From positions 34,825 to 98,824 of the forward strand of contig JAYVZS010000015.1 of assembly GCA_043783155.1 (NCBI GenBank): DNA of 64,000 nt, in the 5' to 3' direction. The DNA is from Bacteroidota bacterium. Its GTDB lineage: Bacteria > Bacteroidota > Bacteroidia > AKYH767-A > 2013-40CM-41-45. The notes under the pieces are model-generated. The model was not told where the DNA came from. It did not search any database and worked only from the letters and a program-made list of their open reading frames with translations. The position numbers and the translations under genes are program-made. Numbering within the stretch: the stretch's first letter is position 1; every line of letters starts with the position of its first letter. Below, one piece after another: positions 29,195-37,415 of this stretch.

Positions 29195-29977
29195 CTATTT
29201 ATTATTCTTCCTGATGTATTGCTCCAGCGCCATCGTCATGGAAGGAGCTGCCGGAACCGGCGCCTGGATATCGAGACGAAGGCCAGCATCAAGAATGGCT
29301 TGCGCGGTAGTAGGACCAAAAGCAGCGATCCGAGTAGCACTTTGTTTAAACTTCGGAAAATTCTTGAACAGAGATTTTATTCCGGAAGGAGAGAAAAAAA
29401 CAAGCACATCATAGTTCACATCTGCCAGATCAGATAAATCACTCGCTACCGTTTTGTAGATGACTGCTTTTGTAAATTCAATCTCGTTGACTTCAAGTGT
29501 CTCAAAAATTTCCTGCTTATGAATGTCGGTACATGGAACCAGGAATTTTTCTTTCCTGTGTTTTCTGATCACATCCATCAGGTCATTAATCGTTTGTTTG
29601 CCGTAAAAAATTTTTCGTTTCCTGTACACGACATATTTCTGGAGATAAAATGCCGTTGATTCCGATACACAAAAATATTTCATGGATTCTGGAACGTTGA
29701 CACGCATCTCGCCGCAAATGCGAAAAAAATTGTCGGCAGCATTGCGGCTGGTAAATATGACGGCTGAATAATCAAGGATGTTGACACGATCTTTTCTGAA
29801 ATCTTTGGCAGCAATCGGTTCAACGTGAATAAAAGGACGGAAGTCAATTTTTACGTTGCACTTTTTAGCGAGATCGTAATAAGGAGATTTATCCGTTTCA
29901 GGTTTTGGTTGCGTAACCAGGATGCTTTTCACTTTCAAACTCATACCGGAAACACTTGTCGTTTTTGTTAAAGCCAC
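29195..29977 (-). CDS. hemD: Uroporphyrinogen-III synthase (HemD-like)
   Basis: HemD-like two-lobe pattern (ILVTQPKPE ... FTSRNAADNF ... VFFSPSGI). Family-level call. Confidence 0.65.
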   Translation of the reverse strand: MALTKTTSVSGMSLKVKSILVTQPKPETDKSPYYDLAKKCNVKIDFRPFIHVEPIAAKDFRKDRVNILDYSAVIFTSRNAADNFFRICGEMRVNVPESMKYFCVSESTAFYLQKYVVYRKRKIFYGKQTINDLMDVIRKHRKEKFLVPCTDIHKQEIFETLEVNEIEFTKAVIYKTVASDLSDLADVNYDVLVFFSPSGIKSLFKNFPKFKQSATRIAAFGPTTAQAILDAGLRLDIQAPVPAAPSMTMALEQYIRKNNK

Positions 29978-29990
29978 AGTCAGATATCCG

Positions 29991-30920
29991 TTATTTAGGG
30001 TTTAAAATTTTCAGAAGCACAAGCAAAGGCGCAAATTCAAGCGTGCAAAGATATAAAAATAAATAGTAGAGCGAGGAAACGGGCGATGTTATTCCGATAA
30101 AAAAACCGCGGACGATCCGGTACAGAAAGGCAACTGAAATCAATGCGACAGAACCGTAGATAACCCATGTTACATTAATCGTTACACTGAATGCAAGAAC
30201 TGCTACAATCGGAATCAGCAGAATTCCCAACAGGTTGTTCACCAAAAAAATATTAAAAATGTACGCTGCCATTTCTCTGTCGAGGTTAAAGAGATAACCG
30301 CAGATTTTCAACATCAGGAATTTCATTGCGTACACAGCCGAGACCACCAACGCGAAAAACAGGTATCTGTTCAGACCAATACCGATGCCCGCCGGCGTCC
30401 AGTTAAAGTGAACACTCACAAAATAAAGAAACAGTGCCGCCACAAGATTAAATACCAGGTTGAGTAAGATGGATGCTCGTTGAACCAGGATATTTTCATC
30501 GCGTACAATCTGGTTCGTCAGGTTATTATTAAAGAAGGCAGTGACAATCTGAATAAAATATTTATTGTAGAAAGCCCGTAACCATGCAAATGCGACAATG
30601 ATCAGAACCAACATTGGAAATACCCAGTCAGGCGTGGTGCGATTCAGCGACTGAGGTCCGTTGTGAATCATTTTTAGCTCGTGGTTCAGGAAAAAATTTA
30701 CCGGCTTCACTTTTTCAACGGATGCTGCCGGCTTCACTTTTTTTAATGTCGTCGCTACGCTGAACAGCGGTTGATGCGGAACACTTTTAAAAGCTGTATC
30801 AATATGGGTGGAACCGGAAATTGTTTTCTTCACCGGCTTTGCGAATGAATCATGCCCGGCACTTATAACGGAAGTGTCGGCTGCATGTGGAAGTAATGTC
30901 TGTGAAGAATCCTGCATCAA
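29991..30920 (-). CDS. DUF4271-like polytopic membrane protein (commonly found beside hemD in Bacteroidota)
   Basis: Multi-TM architecture and genomic context. The family assignment is from memory of the hemD-DUF4271 association. Confidence 0.45.
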   Translation of the reverse strand: MMQDSSQTLLPHAADTSVISAGHDSFAKPVKKTISGSTHIDTAFKSVPHQPLFSVATTLKKVKPAASVEKVKPVNFFLNHELKMIHNGPQSLNRTTPDWVFPMLVLIIVAFAWLRAFYNKYFIQIVTAFFNNNLTNQIVRDENILVQRASILLNLVFNLVAALFLYFVSVHFNWTPAGIGIGLNRYLFFALVVSAVYAMKFLMLKICGYLFNLDREMAAYIFNIFLVNNLLGILLIPIVAVLAFSVTINVTWVIYGSVALISVAFLYRIVRGFFIGITSPVSSLYYLFLYLCTLEFAPLLVLLKILNPK

Positions 30921-30985
30921 CGAAACGGAAATAGTAGCACGAAATTAAGCATAACTTAAATTTTCCGGATGGAGTATCCCGGAAG

Positions 30986-31924
30986 TTATGAAGATTTCGG
31001 AGTGGGTTGTTTCTGAATTTTACCCAGGCCGAACATACGGGAAATAATAAAACTGAATTTGATACCGCCTTTCATCCAGTCGTCGGTGGTGTTCGGAAGA
31101 AAATCATTTTCAAGAATTCCCGATGCATTTGTAAACAGAATAGAAAATACATGCCCGCCGGTTTCTATTTCAAAGCCAATCCCGATCGGAGCGAAATGCT
31201 CTTTCATTAAACCTTTCGTACGAAACGAATAAAAATAATCAGCGATCACCGATGCATGCTGTGTAAATTTCCACCGCGCTCCGGCACCGATGCTATACAA
31301 ATCATTTTTATCTTCAACAGGAACGTAGTTGCGGTGTACGTAAGAAGGAACTACTTCGAGTGAGAATGAGGACGAAAATTTCCGGGCGATGATTACCTGC
31401 GCGCAATACGTAAGCCGGTGCTCAAAATTATCGACCAACGCTGCTGATTTCGTGGTCATGGTTACGTTGCTGAACACGGTAATGGCGAACGGAATTTTTT
31501 TATCCGTTCGTTGCTCCATCAACTTAAATTTTGCCAGCGCTTCCAGGTTTTCATTCCGCTTGCAACGGCTTACTCCAGCCGTAAGGCGGTCGGTAATCCC
31601 GTAATGAAAAGCGATGCGAATGTCGTTCGACTGATCAAAGCCAAATAATGTATGTACTCCTCCTCCGCTTTCTTCACCGATGTTTCCGAATAAATGGTTG
31701 ACACGAAAATCGAGATTCTTTTTCTGTAACGTTTCATTCGTTTGCGCATTCACAATTTTATTTCCTTTGAAAGTAGCAATCACTTTTATGACGGTAGATG
31801 TGTCTTCACGCTGCAACTGTTTCAACAAATCGTCCTGGGCAAAAAGGTTCGCGCTCATAAGAATCATTGCGAACCATACAAGAATGACGTTCCATTTTTT
31901 TTTTGAAGAGACCACAATCAGCAT
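30986..31924 (-). CDS. Hypothetical secreted or outer-membrane protein (signal peptide, beta-rich)
   Basis: ORF with a signal peptide only. Confidence 0.4.
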   Translation of the reverse strand: MLIVVSSKKKWNVILVWFAMILMSANLFAQDDLLKQLQREDTSTVIKVIATFKGNKIVNAQTNETLQKKNLDFRVNHLFGNIGEESGGGVHTLFGFDQSNDIRIAFHYGITDRLTAGVSRCKRNENLEALAKFKLMEQRTDKKIPFAITVFSNVTMTTKSAALVDNFEHRLTYCAQVIIARKFSSSFSLEVVPSYVHRNYVPVEDKNDLYSIGAGARWKFTQHASVIADYFYSFRTKGLMKEHFAPIGIGFEIETGGHVFSILFTNASGILENDFLPNTTDDWMKGGIKFSFIISRMFGLGKIQKQPTPKSS

Positions 31925-31965
31925 AGAATTACTTTTTACCTGCTTGAAACGTTCCGGTTTATTTT

Positions 31966-32337
31966 TCAGTTATTTTTGTATCCCTGGTGAATCCATGTTC
32001 TCAGGGTAAATAAATCACACTTGCTGAGTGATCTCTTAAATGGCATGTGCATATTATCAGTTTCCGGCAACAACAATCGTTCTTCCAATCGTCCGGTTCG
32101 TATCCGGTCTGCCAGCACTTCATACCGGCTAAAATCGTAATTCGAATTTCCACCTGAATGACAGCTTCGGCCCGAACAATTTGCGATGATCAAAGGACGG
32201 ATGTCAACTTCGTAACGAAATCCGGTTGAATCGCAGCCGGGCGGTTTTAATAGTATTGATGACTCCTTATCTTTCCTGCAACTGCAAAGGAAAAAAATCA
32301 GCCCTGAAAGAATCAGAAAAAAATAGTTCGACCTCAT
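31966..32337 (-). CDS. Hypothetical lipoprotein (lipobox-like FLCSC, Cys-rich CSGRSCH segment)
   Basis: ORF with a signal/lipobox. Confidence 0.4.
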   Translation of the reverse strand: MRSNYFFLILSGLIFFLCSCRKDKESSILLKPPGCDSTGFRYEVDIRPLIIANCSGRSCHSGGNSNYDFSRYEVLADRIRTGRLEERLLLPETDNMHMPFKRSLSKCDLFTLRTWIHQGYKNN

Positions 32338-32370
32338 TGGAGTTTTGACGAGTGAAAAAAATATCCTGCC

Positions 32371-32916
32371 TCAGTTTTTTGACTTCAGAAATACCCGCTC
32401 AGCTGTTGGCGTAGGGCTTCCACCTTTGGGTTCGAGCGTCACTGCCCAGGCATCGGCATTCGTTACCGACTTCGAACGCTGAATTCCTCGTTCAATATCC
32501 GCAGAAAAAACACCTGCATCAACGGGCTGCCCTGCAACCTGCGCCCACAACTGGTAATCTTTGGTTGAATCAGGCATTGGAAGTGAAAGCGGATCAATGT
32601 ATGTTTCTCGGGTGTAGTGATTCCAGTAAACCCGGGCAACGTATCGCTTGGAACTGTCGGTAGCCGACAAGGTGATAACGGTTGCATTCTCATCTCGCAG
32701 TATCATCAAGTCGTTAAACGTTTTCTCAAACGTGATTTTCTCGGTGTTGTATTTTGCGGCCAGCGCATTACTTTCATTTACAAGGGCCACAATCCTGTCT
32801 TCCGATTCACTCCATTTATTGTAGAAGAAATAGCTGGCAAACGTGCTGATGATAAGCGACGCAAGGCATGCAGCAATCAGGTATTTATACGTAAGAGAGT
32901 GAGAATTATTCTTCAC
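32371..32916 (-). CDS. Membrane protein with RskA-like anti-sigma C-terminal domain (..AWAVTLEPKGGSPTPT..)
   Basis: N-terminal TM segment and a C-terminal motif resembling the anti-sigma-K RskA domain. No sigma factor gene is adjacent. Confidence 0.5.
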   Translation of the reverse strand: MKNNSHSLTYKYLIAACLASLIISTFASYFFYNKWSESEDRIVALVNESNALAAKYNTEKITFEKTFNDLMILRDENATVITLSATDSSKRYVARVYWNHYTRETYIDPLSLPMPDSTKDYQLWAQVAGQPVDAGVFSADIERGIQRSKSVTNADAWAVTLEPKGGSPTPTAERVFLKSKN

Positions 32917-33299
32917 CTGTTTTCAATTATTGACAAACCCCTTGAATGACTTGTACCCCATGTCAATCTTTTGACGACAGCATACTTTTGTTTGAATATG
33001 AATTGTCAAAACACAAAATCGCTGACAAAAGAAAAGAATTCTTCAATTCTGCGTAAAGGTATGAAATAATTTTTGTGTGATCTCGCGAACCTTCTCCCGG
33101 GTAGTGGCTACGTTTCGATTTTCGAAAAAGTCATCTCAATTCCAAACATTCGTTTTGTATCAAGCAGAGAATGTTGAATACACTTTCAAATGATATTCTC
33201 TTCGCACCCTGCGTCTCAAAGCATTCTGCACGAAATTTTTTACAAAACAATAAGAAAGTGTTTAAAGTTCATCTCAAATATTTGCTATTTCGCATGCTT

Positions 33300-33357
33300 C
33301 GACTTCGCTCAACATGACCCCGCGCCCGATATCACCCTGAGCGAAGTCGAAGGGGGC
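33300..33357. repeat. GC-rich palindromic element: 15 bp stem CTTCGACTTCGCTCA/TGAGCGAAGTCGAAG around a 28 nt GC-rich loop.
   Basis: Perfect inverted repeat in a ~650 bp AT-rich non-coding stretch upstream of the IPExxxVDY/pyk genes. Confidence 0.5.
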
Positions 33358-33614
33358 GCCGGCTTTAACATTTTCTCGCATAGAAATTTAAACAGTTTCT
33401 AATTTTGAGACTCTTTCCAATACAATTTAGCTTCAACTATTTTCAACATTTGTGTGAAACAGCTCTCTCAAATATAAAAGATCGCTAAGAAAAAAATGAG
33501 GATCAAATGGAGCCGCTACCAAACTTTCAAACGGAGACGCCGCCTCCTCCTTCATTATATGATTTATCTTCCTCATTTTTTATAATTTCACACCGTCAAT
33601 TATAGCCGGACATT

Positions 33615-34037
33615 ATGGGGAAGACGATTTTGAAGTTCAACGATGACGACCAGTTCGATTTTATCCTTGTCGGAATTGCTTGCCAACACAGGGATTACCG
33701 GCTTTGTCATGAACTGAATGCGGAACTTGAAATTGAACTTGCAAGGGAAAACGATTATGAAATCTTCAACGGCAAGCGGATGGAGAAAGTGAGTTTTTCA
33801 TTTTACCGTTTCCAGACTGATGAAGAGGATCATTATTACCTTTTTTCCAACAAAGGCAAAAACGGAACACTGATACCTGAGCAAAAGCAAATCGATTTTT
33901 TTCTGATGATCAGAGAAAATATAAAAAGAATTTCTGAGCCCGACTTAATCAACCGGCTCAAAGAATTAAAAGTTGTACTCGGCGTGTTCAAAATTGACAT
34001 GAAGAATCTAAAGTCACGTGATAATCTTGTTTTCTAA
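33615..34037 (+). CDS. IPExxxVDY family protein (small conserved Bacteroidota protein upstream of pyruvate kinase)
   Basis: LIPEQKQIDF motif and genomic context. Confidence 0.5.
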   Translation: MGKTILKFNDDDQFDFILVGIACQHRDYRLCHELNAELEIELARENDYEIFNGKRMEKVSFSFYRFQTDEEDHYYLFSNKGKNGTLIPEQKQIDFFLMIRENIKRISEPDLINRLKELKVVLGVFKIDMKNLKSRDNLVF

Positions 34038-34039
34038 CC

Positions 34040-35467
34040 ATGACTCCGTTTAATAAAACAAAAATTGTTGCCACCATTGGCCCTGCTTCTTCAACCAAAG
34101 AAGTACTTCAACAGCTCATAGCGGCAGGAGTGGATGTATGTCGACTCAATCTTTCTCACGGTGAATACTCCGAACATGAAAAAATACTCGGACACATTCG
34201 TTCCATCAACCATGAACTTCATTGCCACACGGCGATTCTTGTCGATCTCCAGGGACCCAAACTCCGCGTGGGCGAAGTGTCCGATAATGCTGTGCTTTTA
34301 GAAGAAGGCAAAGAAATTGAACTCACCACGCACGAGTGTATCGGTAATGCGAGCCGTCTTTACATCAACTACGACCAATTTCCCAAAGACGTTGCCATCG
34401 GTGATCATGTGCTGATCGATGACGGAAAAATTCAGCTCACTGTTTTGTCGACCAATAAAAAGGATTCTGTAAAAGCGGTAGTCAACAGCGGAGGAATACT
34501 TTCGTCACGGAAAGGAGTGAATCTTCCGAAGACCAAAATTTCATTGCCGAGTCTCACACCAAAAGACCTTGAAGATCTCAACTTCGCGCTTGAACAGAAT
34601 GTTGACTGGATCGGTCTTTCGTTTGTACGCAGCGCGAAAGACATCATTGATCTGAAAAAAATCATCGCATCGAAAAATAAAAAAACGCGTGTGATTGCCA
34701 AGATCGAAAAACCGGAAGCGCTTACTGAAATTGATCACATCATCAGGGAAACAGATGCGCTGATGGTTGCACGGGGAGATCTCGGAGTTGAATTACCGAT
34801 GGAAGAAGTTCCGTTGATTCAAAAAATGCTGGTGAACAAATGTATTCGGGCAGCAAAACCTGTGATCATTGCAACGCAGATGATGGAAAGCATGATCAAT
34901 AATTATTCTCCGACACGCGCCGAGGTAAACGATGTTGCCAATTCCGTTCTTGACGGTGCTGATGCCGTGATGTTAAGCGGTGAAACATCCATCGGGAATC
35001 ATCCTGTAAAAGTGGTGGAGTATATGCAAAATATTATTACAACGGTTGAACAAAAAGGATTTCGTTTCAACCGTGATCACAAACCGGACATTACAAGTGA
35101 AACCTACATTTCTGATTCCGTTTGTTACAATGCATGCGTGATGGCTTCGCAGGTGAATGCAAAAGCAATTGTCGGGATGACGCGTTCGGGTTACACGGCA
35201 TTTAAAGTTTCATCGCAGCGGCCGCAAGCAGACATCCTGATCTTTACAGATGTTCCTGAAATGCTGAATGTGCTGAGTCTTGTGTGGGGAGTCAGAAGTT
35301 TCTACTATGATAAATCCATCAGCACCGATGAAACGATTACCGAACTTCAGCTGATTCTGAAAGAGAAAGGAAAAGTAAAGAGCGGAGACATTATCATCAA
35401 TCTGGCAAGCATTCCATTGGCAGACCAAAGCACAACGAATATGATTAAGCTGGGAACGGTGAAGTGA
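34040..35467 (+). CDS. pyk: Pyruvate kinase
   Basis: Full-length PK (KIVATIGPAS, MVARGDLGVE, GETSIGNHP). Confidence 0.9.
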   Translation: MTPFNKTKIVATIGPASSTKEVLQQLIAAGVDVCRLNLSHGEYSEHEKILGHIRSINHELHCHTAILVDLQGPKLRVGEVSDNAVLLEEGKEIELTTHECIGNASRLYINYDQFPKDVAIGDHVLIDDGKIQLTVLSTNKKDSVKAVVNSGGILSSRKGVNLPKTKISLPSLTPKDLEDLNFALEQNVDWIGLSFVRSAKDIIDLKKIIASKNKKTRVIAKIEKPEALTEIDHIIRETDALMVARGDLGVELPMEEVPLIQKMLVNKCIRAAKPVIIATQMMESMINNYSPTRAEVNDVANSVLDGADAVMLSGETSIGNHPVKVVEYMQNIITTVEQKGFRFNRDHKPDITSETYISDSVCYNACVMASQVNAKAIVGMTRSGYTAFKVSSQRPQADILIFTDVPEMLNVLSLVWGVRSFYYDKSISTDETITELQLILKEKGKVKSGDIIINLASIPLADQSTTNMIKLGTVK

Positions 35468-35496
35468 AAATGAGAAGTAAGAATATAGCATCAAGA

Positions 35497-35527
35497 TTCA
35501 AGAACCAACAACTAAGAACTAACAGCC
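35497..35527. repeat. Degenerate heptamer tandem array (AAGAACC AACAACT AAGAACT AACAGCC) 10 bp upstream of the M42 peptidase start.
   Basis: Direct read. Family member of 13367-13402. Confidence 0.5.
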
Positions 35528-35537
35528 ATTAACAAAT

Positions 35538-36584
35538 ATGCCAATCAACGTAAGTTTACTGAAAGAAATCTGCGAGATCGCCGGCACATCCGGCTTTGAG
35601 CAACGCATCCGCGAGGTAGTGATCCGTGAAATAAAGCCATTGGTAGATTCCTTCTCTGTTGATTACATGGGAAATGTGGTGGCCATAAAAAAAGGGAAAG
35701 AACCGAAGAAAGTAATGGTCGCTGCACACATGGATGAAATCGGATTTATGGTCACACACATTGATGACCAGGGTTTCCTTCGCTTTCATACACTCGGAGG
35801 TTTCGATCCGAAAACATTAACGGCTCAACGTGTAATTGTGCATGGCAAAAAAGATCTGATCGGTGTGATGGGTTCCAAACCGATTCACATCATGACACCG
35901 GAAGAAAAAACAAAAGCCGCACAGCTCCAGGATTTTTACATTGACCTTGGCATGCCTAAAGAAGAAGTTGAAAAATATGTAAGTGTCGGTAACCCGATTA
36001 CTCGCCAGCGAGAGTTAATTGAAATGGGAAACTGTGTGAATTGTAAATCGATTGATAACAGAGTCTCTGTTTTTATTCTCATCGAAACGTTACGGCGCCT
36101 GAAGAATACTCCTTACGATGTTTACGGAGTATTTACCGTTCAGGAAGAAGTTGGTATTCGCGGGGCATCAGTGGCGGCACATCACATCGGACCCGATTTT
36201 GGTTTCGGTCTTGACACCACCATTGCATACGATGTTCCTGGCGCACAGCCACATGAGAAAGTAACCAAACTTGGCGAAGGAGCTGCTATTAAAATCATGG
36301 ATTCATCTACCATCTGTGATTACAGGATGGTTGAGTTCATGAAAAAAACTGCCGATCAACATAAAATAAAATGGCAGCCGGAAATTTTGCAAGCCGGCGG
36401 TACCGATACAGCCGGAATTCAGCGCATGAGTAAAACAGGTTCCATTGCCGGAGCGATATCAATTCCAACGCGTCATATTCACCAGGTTATTGAGATGGCT
36501 GATAAGAATGATATCAGGGCTTGCATCGATTTGCTGAGCTGTTGTCTGGAGGAGATTGATCAGCACGACTGGAAATTTGTTTAA
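35538..36584 (+). CDS. M42 family metallopeptidase (FrvX/glutamyl aminopeptidase-like)
   Basis: AHMDEIGFMV and EEVG metal-ligand motifs. Confidence 0.85.
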   Translation: MPINVSLLKEICEIAGTSGFEQRIREVVIREIKPLVDSFSVDYMGNVVAIKKGKEPKKVMVAAHMDEIGFMVTHIDDQGFLRFHTLGGFDPKTLTAQRVIVHGKKDLIGVMGSKPIHIMTPEEKTKAAQLQDFYIDLGMPKEEVEKYVSVGNPITRQRELIEMGNCVNCKSIDNRVSVFILIETLRRLKNTPYDVYGVFTVQEEVGIRGASVAAHHIGPDFGFGLDTTIAYDVPGAQPHEKVTKLGEGAAIKIMDSSTICDYRMVEFMKKTADQHKIKWQPEILQAGGTDTAGIQRMSKTGSIAGAISIPTRHIHQVIEMADKNDIRACIDLLSCCLEEIDQHDWKFV

Positions 36585-36610
36585 ACATGTGATTGTTTGC
36601 AGGATTCATC

Positions 36611-36652
36611 TTGGTTCTTAGTTCTTGGTTTTTAGTTCTTGGTTCTTAGTTT
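36611..36652. repeat. Heptamer tandem array in inverted orientation (reverse complement AAGAACC AAGAACT AAAAACC AAGAACT AAGAACC). A further degenerate copy is at 36739-36760.
   Basis: Direct read. It bounds the M42 gene on the 3' side while 35497-35527 bounds it on the 5' side. Confidence 0.55.
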
Positions 36653-36887
36653 GGAGAAAAGGCCTGCGGGTAGAGTCTATGCACTAAAAACACCCTTCTT
36701 AACTTAATAAGTATCCGCTTTTAATAAAGGTTTATCTCGGTTCTTGATTCTTAATTCTCGTCTCTTTTTTTGTCCCCCATGTAATCCCTTTCTTTCATCC
36801 GTGATCTTCTATCGTTGACCAATTTCTTGTTGACTATATTGCCGGAAGGGAGTATTTTAGAATCCTCAACATGAAAATTTACAGCGT

Positions 36888-37205
36888 ATGACTTCCATTG
36901 AGATCCAGGATTTTCTTCACATCTACAGTATGTTTTCGTTCAAAGACGGGAGTAAAATCCCCGGTATTGTCGTAAACAAATACAATGTTTCCACTGCACA
37001 GGTAGAATACTTTTTTATCGCTCATCACAACATGCAGTCTTACAAATCAGCATTTGAAAAATACGACACTGAAACGTGTGGCCGGCTGAGCAAAAAAATT
37101 CATACAGATGATCTACAGAACATCGGACCGGTATCATTGGCCGATTATAAAATCATTATGCAACTGATGGACGAACGACAGCAACTGATCAACATGTACA
37201 GATAA
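36888..37205 (+). CDS. Hypothetical protein (105 aa)
   Basis: ORF only. Followed by a hairpin plus T-run at 37229-37260. Confidence 0.4.
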   Translation: MTSIEIQDFLHIYSMFSFKDGSKIPGIVVNKYNVSTAQVEYFFIAHHNMQSYKSAFEKYDTETCGRLSKKIHTDDLQNIGPVSLADYKIIMQLMDERQQLINMYR

Positions 37206-37228
37206 AAAAACACGAAAACGAAATTCCT

Positions 37229-37260
37229 AAACCCTGCTCCTATAGCGGGGTTTTCGTCAT
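37229..37260 (+). terminator. Putative rho-independent terminator (AAACCCTGC..GCGGGGTTTT then TCGTCATTT)
   Basis: Imperfect hairpin followed by a T-rich run. Confidence 0.35.
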
Positions 37261-37415
37261 TTAAAGGAACTTGGATCATTAGTGCTGAATCATAGGATAA
37301 ATACAAGAAATAATCCCAAATTAATGTTTAAATAATATGTAATTAAAAAAATTTGGAGTACTTTGTACGGCTATTTGATAATTCATTCTTGCCTGAAACC
37401 GGTTGGTGTTAAACA

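Noticed and set aside
33190-33402. Track ORF 33190..33402 (+) 70 aa
   Set aside because: Its 3' half is simply the translation of the GC-rich palindromic element. No start context. Lies within a non-coding gap.
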